A DNA stretch of 32,000 nt from Candidatus Methylomirabilis oxygeniifera. Its GTDB lineage: Bacteria > Methylomirabilota > Methylomirabilia > Methylomirabilales > Methylomirabilaceae. Made by a program: the position numbers and the translations under genes. Where the stretch lies: NCBI GenBank assembly GCA_000091165.1, contig FP565575.1:30001-62000 (forward strand). The letters are read 5' to 3'. The notes under the pieces are model-generated. The model was not told the origin of the DNA. It was given only the letters and a program-made list of their open reading frames with translations, and ran no database searches. Each line of letters opens with the position of its first letter. Within the stretch, counting starts at the first letter, position 1. This document shows positions 9,030 to 16,944 of the stretch, in pieces.

Positions 9030-9043
9030 TGTATGGGGGCAGA

Positions 9044-10162
9044 TCATCTGTCGTAGAACGCTTGGAAGGCATCCACGACATATTCGAGCATCGGCGGGGT
9101 CAGTTCCGGATAGATCGGCAGGGCCAGCGTCTCTCTGGCGGCCCGCTCGGATTCCGGCATATCCCCCTTCTTATACCCGAGATACTCAAAGCAGGTCTGC
9201 AAGTGGAGCGGCACAGGATAGTAGATGTCGTGGCCGATTTCCCGAGCCTCCAGGAAATGACTCAGCTCATCTCGTCTTGGGGCCCTGATCACATACTGAT
9301 TAAAGACGTGCCGTTCATTCCTGGGGATGTCCGGAAGCCGGATTTGGCAGTCCAGGCCTCTGGCGCGGAAGAGCGCGTCGTACCGCTCGGCATTGGCAAT
9401 CCGCTGCTCCGTCCACTGGTCGAGGCGCTTCAACTTGACAGCCAGGATAGCCGCCTGTAGTTCGTCAAGGCGGAAGTTGCCGCCGAGAAGAGAGTGGAGG
9501 TATTTGGTTGACGACCCGTGGTTCCGCAGAGCCGAGAGGGTCGAGGCCAGGGAAGGGTCGTTCGTAATGACCATCCCACCGTCACCGAAACCCCCCAGAT
9601 TTTTTGTGGGGTAAAACGAGAAGCAACCTAAGAGCCCAATGCAACCGGCCCTTTTGCCGAATGCGTCCTCTGCCCCGATGGCTTGAGCCGCGTCTTCTAT
9701 TACAGCGAGTTTGTGTTGAACAGCCAATGCGCGGATCGGTTCCATCTCAGTGCAGCGCCCGAACAGATGGACCGGGAGGATTGCGCGGGTTCGATCCGTG
9801 ATCCGTTCGGCAATCAGCTTTGCATCGATCGTGAAACGGGCCGGATCGATATCGACGAAAACCGGCTTCGCCCCAACCCTGACGATCGATCCTGCCGTCG
9901 CGATAAAGGTGTACGGGGTGGTGATGACCTCGTCTCCGGCACCGATGCCCAAGGCCATGAGAGCCAACAGGATGGCATCGGTGCCGGAGGAGACGCCCAC
10001 CGCGTAGCGGGCGCCGCAATACCGCGCGACGTCATCCTCAAGTCGGCGAACCCGCGGACCCAGGATGAACTGCTGATCGTCGCACACCTCCTCTATCGCG
10101 CGTCTGACCTCGCCCTTGATGGCGGCGTACTGGCCTCTAAGATCGAAAAAGGAAACTCGCAT
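9044..10162 (-). CDS. DegT/DnrJ/EryC1/StrS-family PLP-dependent sugar aminotransferase
   Basis: 372 aa. Contains MRVSFFDLRGQY..., GVSSGTDAILLAL, and FSFYPTKNLG with the PLP lysine. Confidence 0.9.
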   Translation of the reverse strand: MRVSFFDLRGQYAAIKGEVRRAIEEVCDDQQFILGPRVRRLEDDVARYCGARYAVGVSSGTDAILLALMALGIGAGDEVITTPYTFIATAGSIVRVGAKPVFVDIDPARFTIDAKLIAERITDRTRAILPVHLFGRCTEMEPIRALAVQHKLAVIEDAAQAIGAEDAFGKRAGCIGLLGCFSFYPTKNLGGFGDGGMVITNDPSLASTLSALRNHGSSTKYLHSLLGGNFRLDELQAAILAVKLKRLDQWTEQRIANAERYDALFRARGLDCQIRLPDIPRNERHVFNQYVIRAPRRDELSHFLEAREIGHDIYYPVPLHLQTCFEYLGYKKGDMPESERAARETLALPIYPELTPPMLEYVVDAFQAFYDR

Positions 10163-10348
10163 CTATTCGCACCCGTATGTAGAGATCGCCTGCGTCGCTC
10201 GCCTACTGTCTGACACTTCCAAAATTTTACGCACGTCTGAGGGTGAAGTCTACAGCTTTTTCACGATGCTGCTGAGTCAGGCGGATCTTTCGGCCAGAGA
10301 TCAGACGGGGAACCCGCAAAAAATTTGATTCCTACCGCCATTTTTTTC

Positions 10349-10376
10349 TTGCATTTCTGTCAAAACGCGATATAAG
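10349..10376 (+). promoter_or_regulatory. Candidate sigma70-type promoter for speH (TTGCAT-16 nt-TATAAG)
   Basis: Hexamers at 10349-10354 and 10371-10376, in the 278-nt divergent intergenic region and 65 nt upstream of the TTG start. Sequence match only. Confidence 0.3.
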
Positions 10377-10440
10377 GCATTTGAACAAAGACGTACGGGA
10401 GGTGGGTATCGGATAACAATTTTGCAAGGGGGGTAGATCG

Positions 10441-10875
10441 TTGCAAGCACTCGGGAAACACCTGTTAGTGGAACTACACGGTTGTAACCCGGAGCTGCTG
10501 AAAAAAGCCGAAGTAGTCAGGGACATCCTGGTGTGCGCGGCTAACGCATGTAAAGCCACCATTGTTGACACCTCCTTCCACGAGTTCAATCCATTCGGTG
10601 TGAGCGGCGTGGTTGTGATTGCCGAATCTCATATCTCGATTCACACCTGGCCGGAATATCGATACGCAGCGGTTGACATCTTCACGTGTGGAGATGTGCT
10701 CAGACCGGAGGTGGCTGTCGACTATATTGCTGCCCGCTTTCGGTGTAAAAAACCGTCGGTGGTTGAGATGCGGCGCGGTATCATTCCCGGACACGTCGGA
10801 AAGCTGGTGCATAAATTGAGCCCATCCATGGAGAAAGCTGTCGATGCCGATCAAGAACTTTCGCTGGTTCATTGA
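10441..10875 (+). CDS. speH: S-adenosylmethionine decarboxylase proenzyme (pyruvoyl-dependent, SpeH/SpeD class 1)
   Basis: TTG start is the only start in the open frame, with RBS AAGGGGGG. Contains LGKHLLVELHGC and the self-cleavage motif AESHISIHTWPE. Confidence 0.9.
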   Translation: MQALGKHLLVELHGCNPELLKKAEVVRDILVCAANACKATIVDTSFHEFNPFGVSGVVVIAESHISIHTWPEYRYAAVDIFTCGDVLRPEVAVDYIAARFRCKKPSVVEMRRGIIPGHVGKLVHKLSPSMEKAVDADQELSLVH

Positions 10876-11761
10876 AGCGCTGAGCCCGGAGGAAGGACAC
10901 CTGCACGGGATTCAGCGAGCCCTGTTCTCCGCCCAGACCCCCTATCAGTCTCTCGACATCATGGAACTGGGCAGCTACGGGAAAGCCCTTGTCCTCGACG
11001 GCAAGATCCAGTCGAGTCTTCTCGATGAGTTCATCTACCACGAGGCGTTAGTCCATCCGGCGATGCTCAGTCATCCCGCCCCTAAAAACGTATTCATCGT
11101 GGGCGGCGGGGAAGGGGCGACGCTGCGGGAGGTGCTTCGGCACCCCACTGTAGAACGGGCTCTGATGGTCGATATCGATGAGGAGGTTGTCAGCCGATGT
11201 AAGGAGTTGCTGCCCGAGTGGCACAAGGGCGCCTTTGATGATCCGCGCACCGAACTCCGCTTCCTGGATGCCAGACGATACCTGGAGGAGACGGACGAGC
11301 GGTTCGACGTGATCATCATCGACATCTCTGAGCCGGTGGAAGAGGGCCCCGCATACCTCCTATTTACACGGGAGTTTTATCATATCGTAGATCGATGTCT
11401 GACGGACCAGGGGATTATCGCATTGCAGGCAGGCTCCGTCAGTCTCTCCCACCTGTCCTGTTTTTCCGCCATACACCAGACCTTACGGACCGTATTCCCC
11501 ATCGTCGCCCCCTATTGGGCGACGATCCCCAGCTTTGCCCTTCCCTGGGGATTCTCCGTAGCCTCCAAACGGCCTGACCCACGGGCGTTGGGACCGAATG
11601 CTATCGATCATCTCATCGCCGAACGGATAGGGACCGACCTACGGTATTACGACGGCCTGACGCATCAGATGTCCTTCCTCCTTCCAAAGCATGTACGCCG
11701 GCGCCTTGAAGAGGAGAAGCGGATCATCGAGGACAACTCCCCCCTCTTTACCTTCCACTAA
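10844..11761 (+). CDS. speE: Spermidine synthase (polyamine aminopropyltransferase)
   Basis: 305 aa. Contains YHEALVHPAM, VFIVGGGEGATLREVLRH, DIDEEVV and DVIIIDISEP. Overlaps speH by 32 nt. Confidence 0.92.
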   Translation: MPIKNFRWFIEALSPEEGHLHGIQRALFSAQTPYQSLDIMELGSYGKALVLDGKIQSSLLDEFIYHEALVHPAMLSHPAPKNVFIVGGGEGATLREVLRHPTVERALMVDIDEEVVSRCKELLPEWHKGAFDDPRTELRFLDARRYLEETDERFDVIIIDISEPVEEGPAYLLFTREFYHIVDRCLTDQGIIALQAGSVSLSHLSCFSAIHQTLRTVFPIVAPYWATIPSFALPWGFSVASKRPDPRALGPNAIDHLIAERIGTDLRYYDGLTHQMSFLLPKHVRRRLEEEKRIIEDNSPLFTFH

Positions 11762-11921
11762 AGGACAGGGTATAGGGTGCAGGGTATAGGGTTGAGGGGC
11801 AGCACTTTAGAGCTCGACACTGATTCGGAGTGCAATCCTTCTCGCGTACCCGAATACCCTTCACCCGCGTCCCAGGCCTTACTGCCCTATACCCTATACC
11901 CTCACCCCTACGCCCTGTCTT
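11762..11921. repeat. Inverted pair of GGGTRNA heptad arrays (locus 1)
   Basis: G-arm 11768-11799 is GGGTATAGGGTGCAGGGTATAGGGTTGAGGGG. C-arm 11885-11916 is CCCTATACCCTATACCCTCACCCCTACGCCCT. The reverse complement of the C-arm aligns with the G-arm at about 30 of 40 positions, including the flanks AAAGGACAGGG and AGAAAGACAGGG. About 85 nt separates the arms. Fills the whole speE-decarboxylase spacer. Confidence 0.9.
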
Positions 11922-11925
11922 TCTA

Positions 11926-13389
11926 ATGATTCCAGAACGACAGTACAGAACTCCCCTCTTCGATGCGATGGTCAACCTCGCGGAGAGTCGCAAGGTTTCT
12001 TTCCACACTCCAGGGCATAAGAGCGGCAAGGGTATCTCGACTCGCTTCCGAAAGTTCGTCGGTCCCAAGATCTTTACGATCGACTTGACAACGCTTGACG
12101 AGGTCGATTGCCTGCAGCGGCCGGTGGGGGTCATCAAGGAGGCCCAGGAACTGGCCGCCGAGGCGTACGGGGCCGACCATTCCTTCTTTCTGATCAACGG
12201 AACCACCGGCGGCAATCATGCGATGATCGTGTCGACCGCCAGCCCTGGAGACGAGATCCTGATCGCGAGGAATGCGCATAAATCGATTCTGACCGGGATC
12301 ATCCTGAGCGGCGCGACACCGCGGTTCTTCCTGCCGGCCTTCGACCGGGAGTTAGGCATGCTGTTAAACGTGACGGTCGAAGAGGTCGGACGCACCATGG
12401 CGCAGTATCCGAAGGCCAAGATCCTGTCCCTGACCAGCCCCAATTACTACGGCGTGACAGCCGACCTGCGCGCGATCGTTTCCATGGCGAAGCGTCGAGG
12501 GATCCTGGTGCTGGTAGATGAGGCCCACGGTCCCCATCTCCATTTTCACCAGGCGCTGCCCACGTCGGCGCTCGATGCCGGAGCCGATCTGTGTGTTCAG
12601 TCCACCCATAAGATCCTGGGAGGGATGACTCAATCCTCCATGCTGCATCTGAAGGGTTCGGATATCGATCACTCCAGAGTTGTAAAGCTGCTGCTGCTCC
12701 TGCAAAGCACCAGCCCTTCGTATATTCTGATGGCGTCGTTGGATCTGGCTAGAATGCAGATGGCGACCGAAGGGGAGAAACTCTTAGGCAAAGCCATCGA
12801 TCTGGCGAGAGACGCGCGAGATCGCATCAATCGGATTCCCGGTCTATCCTGCTTCGGTGAGCCCGATCTGCGCGGTCGTGATTTCTTCCTGGATGTGACG
12901 AAACTCACCATTTGCGTGAAGGAGCTTGGTCGCAGCGGCTTTGAGGTCTCCGCCACCCTGAACGCCGAGTTCGGTATTCAGGTGGAGATGGCCGATCTGT
13001 TCAATATTCTGGTGATCGTCAGTATCGGAGACAGAAGGGACGACCTAGATCGACTGGTCGCGGCACTGGGTATCGTGGCCGGGCGCGGTACCCGGCCTCA
13101 AGACCCGCGAGCCATCCCGTTCCTGCTTCCGCCCCTGGGTCAGCAGTGCCATCTGCCGCCACGGGATGCCTTCTTCGCCCCTTCAGAGTATCTGCCGCTT
13201 GCGAAAGCGGAGGGGCGTATCAGTGCCGATATTATCACCATTTACCCGCCTGGAGTGCCCGTCCTTGTGCCCGGCGAAGAGGTCGGGTCTTCGGCGATCG
13301 ACTACCTGCGCTCACTCGCTTCTTATGGCGCAAGAATTGACGGGGTCCTGGAGTTGGATGAGCCGCAGATTCGCGTTCTGCGCGATTAA
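11926..13389 (+). CDS. Orn/Lys/Arg decarboxylase family protein (likely arginine decarboxylase of the polyamine pathway)
   Basis: MIPERQYRTPLFDAM...VSFHTPGHKSGKG, with the PLP-lysine motif QSTHKILGG. The track start 11830 would translate the repeat element, so I chose ATG 11926. No SD sequence is visible upstream of it. Confidence 0.88.
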   Translation: MIPERQYRTPLFDAMVNLAESRKVSFHTPGHKSGKGISTRFRKFVGPKIFTIDLTTLDEVDCLQRPVGVIKEAQELAAEAYGADHSFFLINGTTGGNHAMIVSTASPGDEILIARNAHKSILTGIILSGATPRFFLPAFDRELGMLLNVTVEEVGRTMAQYPKAKILSLTSPNYYGVTADLRAIVSMAKRRGILVLVDEAHGPHLHFHQALPTSALDAGADLCVQSTHKILGGMTQSSMLHLKGSDIDHSRVVKLLLLLQSTSPSYILMASLDLARMQMATEGEKLLGKAIDLARDARDRINRIPGLSCFGEPDLRGRDFFLDVTKLTICVKELGRSGFEVSATLNAEFGIQVEMADLFNILVIVSIGDRRDDLDRLVAALGIVAGRGTRPQDPRAIPFLLPPLGQQCHLPPRDAFFAPSEYLPLAKAEGRISADIITIYPPGVPVLVPGEEVGSSAIDYLRSLASYGARIDGVLELDEPQIRVLRD

Positions 13390-13412
13390 GCCCGCCCTCT
13401 TGAACTTTTCCA

Positions 13413-13441
13413 TTGCTTTTTTACATCCTTTTCCGTATATT
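13413..13441 (+). promoter_or_regulatory. Candidate sigma70-type promoter for secDF (TTGCTT-17 nt-TATATT)
   Basis: Hexamers at 13413-13418 and 13436-13441, in the AT-richer spacer after the decarboxylase stop. Sequence match only. Confidence 0.3.
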
Positions 13442-13536
13442 TTGCCGTCCGATGGTTCCCAGGACGTCGCCTTTCATAGAAGAGACGGGTAAGAGATCAT
13501 GAAAAAAACGTAATATGGAAGGTCCTCTCCCTTCTG

Positions 13537-15093
13537 TTGGTGACGGTGATAGCCGGCTACTATCTGTTTCCCACGCTATCCGGCCGATCGTCACTCCCCT
13601 CGCTATTGCCGCCGTTACTACCGCGCGCTGAGCGACTCAATCTTGGACTCGACCTCCAAGGGGGGATGCACCTAGTTCTGGAGGTGGTTGCCGAGAAGGC
13701 CGTGGAAAATACTATTGATCGATTGATCGCCGAACTGCGTCGGGAAACCGACAAGGCAAATATCCTTGTTGAACAGATGACTCGCGAGGGGATCGACCGG
13801 ATCAGGATCAAGCTTCAGGCGACAGAAGGCCTGGAAGGCGTACGCCGTATCCTCAAAAACTACAGTAACCTGCAAGAGTCCGGCGGCTCCGGCCCGACAG
13901 AGCTGATTCTGAGTCTCGCTTCCGGTGAAATGAAGCGGATGCAGGAATCTGCTGTCCGGCAAAGTCTGGAAACCATCCGAAATCGTATTGATCAGTTCGG
14001 GGTGGCCGAACCTCACATTGTACAGGAAGGAGACCGGCGGATCGTGGTCCAGCTCCCCGGCATTAAGGAGCCGCAGCGGGCCATCAATCTGATCGGCAAG
14101 ACCGCCCTCCTGGAGTTTAAACTGGTGGCAGAAGATGCCAATCTTGCCGAAGCAGTGGCGGGAAGGATCTCGGAGAACGACCAGCTTCTCTATCTACGCA
14201 GTACGGACGAGCAGCAAAAGATGAACAAGGTTCCCATTGTTGTGCAGAAGCGGGCCGTTCTGACCGGTGATCTGCTCACCTCAGCCCAGGTACAGATCGA
14301 CAGCCAAACCAACCAGCCGGTGGTCTCCATAGAGTTTGATCAAGAAGGTACGAGACTTTTCGGCGAGGCGACAGCAGCCAATGTGGGCCGACGTCTGGCC
14401 ATCGTCCTGGATGACACGATCTACTCGGCCCCGGTCATCCGGGAAAAAATTCCGGGCGGCAAAGCCCAGATATCCGGAAGCTTCACCATGGAGGATGCCA
14501 GGGATCTGGCGATCGTGTTACGGGCCGGCGCGCTTCCCGCGCCCGTCAACATCATTTCAAATCTAACGGTTGGCCCGTCGCTTGGTCTGGACTCTATTCA
14601 AAAAGGTGTACAGGCTGCTATTCTGGGCGGCGCTCTCGTTATTGCCTTTATGGCCATCTACTACAAGCTGTCCGGGGTGATCGCCAACCTTGCGCTGGTT
14701 TTGAACCTCATCTGGCTGGTGGGGGCGTTGGCTAGTCTCAGGGCTACGCTGACGTTACCCGGCATTGCCGGCATTATCCTCGGGATCGGGATGGCGGTAG
14801 ACTCGAATGTATTGATCTTGGAACGGATTCGCGAAGAGCTCCGATCGGGAAAGCCGGTCCGGTCGGCTATTGAGGGGGGCTACGATAAAGCATTCCTCAC
14901 GATTATCGACTCCCACGTCACGACGCTGATTACCGCGTGTGCGTTGTTTTTATTCGGGACAGGACCGGTGAAAGGGTTTGCGGTCACACTGAGCCTGGGG
15001 GTGATCTTCAACCTGGTGACGGCCTTGACGGGAACCAGGGTAGTGTACGATTGGATGACCCAACGATGGAACTTAAAAACACTCAGCATCTAA
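13537..15093 (+). CDS. secD: Protein translocase subunit SecD
   Basis: Contains LGLDLQGGMHLVLEV, a large periplasmic domain, and a C-terminal 5-TM bundle (GIAGIILGIGMAVDSNVLILERIREE). The track start is TTG 13537. The frame is open and SecD-like from 13501, and an ATG at 13499 is one base out of frame (see findings). Confidence 0.9.
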   Translation: MVTVIAGYYLFPTLSGRSSLPSLLPPLLPRAERLNLGLDLQGGMHLVLEVVAEKAVENTIDRLIAELRRETDKANILVEQMTREGIDRIRIKLQATEGLEGVRRILKNYSNLQESGGSGPTELILSLASGEMKRMQESAVRQSLETIRNRIDQFGVAEPHIVQEGDRRIVVQLPGIKEPQRAINLIGKTALLEFKLVAEDANLAEAVAGRISENDQLLYLRSTDEQQKMNKVPIVVQKRAVLTGDLLTSAQVQIDSQTNQPVVSIEFDQEGTRLFGEATAANVGRRLAIVLDDTIYSAPVIREKIPGGKAQISGSFTMEDARDLAIVLRAGALPAPVNIISNLTVGPSLGLDSIQKGVQAAILGGALVIAFMAIYYKLSGVIANLALVLNLIWLVGALASLRATLTLPGIAGIILGIGMAVDSNVLILERIREELRSGKPVRSAIEGGYDKAFLTIIDSHVTTLITACALFLFGTGPVKGFAVTLSLGVIFNLVTALTGTRVVYDWMTQRWNLKTLSI

Positions 15094-15094
15094 A

Positions 15095-15166
15095 GGATAG
15101 GGTGGAGGGAAAAGCAAGACCGGTGAGTTCTTAACCCTACACCCTATACGCTACACCCTACACCCT
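15095..15166. repeat. Heptad-array element (locus 2): short G-arm plus long C-arm inside the secD-secF spacer
   Basis: G-arm 15095-15109 is GGATAGGGTGGAGGG, starting directly after the secD TAA. C-arm 15135-15166 is CCCTACACCCTATACGCTACACCCTACACCCT, followed by GAGG and the secF GTG. Confidence 0.85.
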
Positions 15167-15176
15167 GAGGTATATC

Positions 15177-16115
15177 GTGATTGAGATTCTCGGCAAAACA
15201 CAGATCGATTTCGTCGCCTGGCGGAGGATTGCGTTTGCGGTGTCGTCCGTCCTGTGCCTCCTCGGAGTTATTTCGATCATTCAGATCGGCCGCGGCGCAG
15301 CGAATCTCGGAATCGACTTTGCCGGCGGCACCTCTGTTCAACTGAAGTTCAACAAGCCGGTAGAGCTTGGCCAGGTTAGAGCGTTGCTGGCGGAGAACGG
15401 TCTGAGGGACAGCGAGCCCCAGCAGTTCGCCGAAGGGGACCGCATCATGGTCCGCTTGAAGCGAGCGGAGGATAGTCGGGTCGGTATGGCCCAGCGGGTG
15501 CAGGACATCTTTGTCAAAGCGTTGCCTGACAATCCATTCGTTGTAGAGGGGACGAATGAGGTTGGGCCGGCCATTGGGAAGGATCTCCAAAAAGCCGCCT
15601 TGTGGGCGATCGCCATTTCCATGCTCGGCATCATCGCCTATATCGCCTGGCGCTTCGAGTTCAAGTTCGGGGTGGCTGCGGCCATCGCCACCCTCCATGA
15701 TGTATTAGCTGTTCTAGGGTTGTTCATGATATTGAATCGGGAGATTACCCTCCTGATCATCACTGCGTTGCTTACTCTTGCCGGCTATTCACTGACCGAC
15801 ACGGTGGTCGTCTTCGACCGGATCAGGGAGAATCTTCGAGACCGACGAAAAGAATCGCTGGGAGAGATCATCAATCAGAGCATCAATGAGGTATTGAGCC
15901 GGACGACCGTGACGTCGCTGACGGTCCTCCTGGTTTTACTGGCCCTCTTTCTGTTGGGCGGAGAGGTACTCCACGATTTCTCTCTCGCGCTGATTGCCGG
16001 TGTCTGTGTCGGCACCTACTCTTCCTGGTTTGTGGCATCTCCCATTGTCTATGAGTGGCGTATACGGGAGCATGCCAGAGTGAAAACTCCCGTCAAGGCC
16101 AAAGCCAAGGGATAA
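15177..16115 (+). CDS. secF: Protein translocase subunit SecF
   Basis: GTG start with GAGG RBS. Contains MIEILGKTQIDF, LGIDFAGGTSVQLKF, and a C-terminal TM bundle with DTVVVFDRIREN. Confidence 0.92.
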   Translation: MIEILGKTQIDFVAWRRIAFAVSSVLCLLGVISIIQIGRGAANLGIDFAGGTSVQLKFNKPVELGQVRALLAENGLRDSEPQQFAEGDRIMVRLKRAEDSRVGMAQRVQDIFVKALPDNPFVVEGTNEVGPAIGKDLQKAALWAIAISMLGIIAYIAWRFEFKFGVAAAIATLHDVLAVLGLFMILNREITLLIITALLTLAGYSLTDTVVVFDRIRENLRDRRKESLGEIINQSINEVLSRTTVTSLTVLLVLLALFLLGGEVLHDFSLALIAGVCVGTYSSWFVASPIVYEWRIREHARVKTPVKAKAKG

Positions 16116-16162
16116 ACGTCGGGAGCCGACCCCCGTTTGCGGGACTGCCTTTTCTTTTCTCC

Positions 16163-16192
16163 TTGACAACCCATTTCGCCTTAAGGTAATAC
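16163..16192 (+). promoter_or_regulatory. Candidate sigma70-type promoter upstream of gmhA (TTGACA-18 nt-TAATAC)
   Basis: TTGACA at 16163-16168 and TAATAC at 16187-16192, in the 218-nt secF-gmhA spacer. Sequence match only. Confidence 0.3.
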
Positions 16193-16333
16193 CTCTACCG
16201 AAGCCCGGATTGATTGATCCAGTCGTCAGTTTCAAGCGCCAGATTCCGCGTTGTGAGTACCGGGCCTGCGACTGGTGAAAGTGGCAATGAAGATCCGGAG
16301 CGGTTTTTCAGCCTGGAATCTGGAGCGCGGAAT

Positions 16334-16930
16334 ATGGAACCTGGAACCTCTCATTCGCATCGGGAGATGGCCGAGGCCATATTCCGTGAGAGCGCCGGGC
16401 TTCAGCTCGCCTTTCTGGAAGGCCACCTGGACTTGGTGGCCAGGGCTGCCACAGCCATCGCGGGAGCCCTGCGGGCCGGACGGAAGGTGTTGATCTTCGG
16501 CAATGGTGGGAGCGCGGCTGATGCCCAGCATTTTGCGGGCGAGTTGGTAAACCGATTCCTGCTGGACCGACCGGCGCTGCCCGCCGTCGCGCTGACCACC
16601 GACGGCTCGATTCTTACAAGTATCAGCAACGATCGGGGCTATGCTCAGATCTTTGCCCGTCAGGTTGAAGCGTTGGGTTCAGCCGGCGATGTGGCCATCG
16701 GGATCAGTACGAGCGGCCGGTCCCCCAGTGTCGTGGGTGGGATTGAAACGGCTGGCAAGTTGCAACTCTGCACCGTTGCGTTCACCGGTGGGGATGGGGG
16801 AAAGCTTGCCGGGTTGGCAGACTATGCATTCGTGGTTCCCTCTCGATCAACACCCAGGATTCAGGAGGTCCACGCAACGCTCGGTCATGCTCTCTGTCAA
16901 CTGGTTGAGGCTGAACTGTTCGGCGTGTAG
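16334..16930 (+). CDS. gmhA: D-sedoheptulose-7-phosphate isomerase (SIS domain)
   Basis: Contains VLIFGNGGSAADAQHFAGELVNRF, ISTSGRSPSV and EVHATLGHAL. I prefer ATG 16334 (GGAGCG RBS, 6-7 nt spacing) over the track start 16214, whose extra 40 residues look non-coding. Confidence 0.85.
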   Translation: MEPGTSHSHREMAEAIFRESAGLQLAFLEGHLDLVARAATAIAGALRAGRKVLIFGNGGSAADAQHFAGELVNRFLLDRPALPAVALTTDGSILTSISNDRGYAQIFARQVEALGSAGDVAIGISTSGRSPSVVGGIETAGKLQLCTVAFTGGDGGKLAGLADYAFVVPSRSTPRIQEVHATLGHALCQLVEAELFGV

Positions 16931-16944
16931 GTAAGGAGGAGTCC

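Noticed and set aside
11830-11925. Upstream extension of the decarboxylase ORF
   Set aside because: It would translate the C-arm of the heptad repeat (LYPIPSPLRP). The family-typical N-terminus (..TPLFDAM..SFHTPGHK) starts at ATG 11926.
16116-16160. Possible intrinsic terminator after secF (CCCG-TTTG-CGGG followed by a T-rich tract)
   Set aside because: The stem is only 4 bp and the T-tract is interrupted and offset. This is too weak to call.
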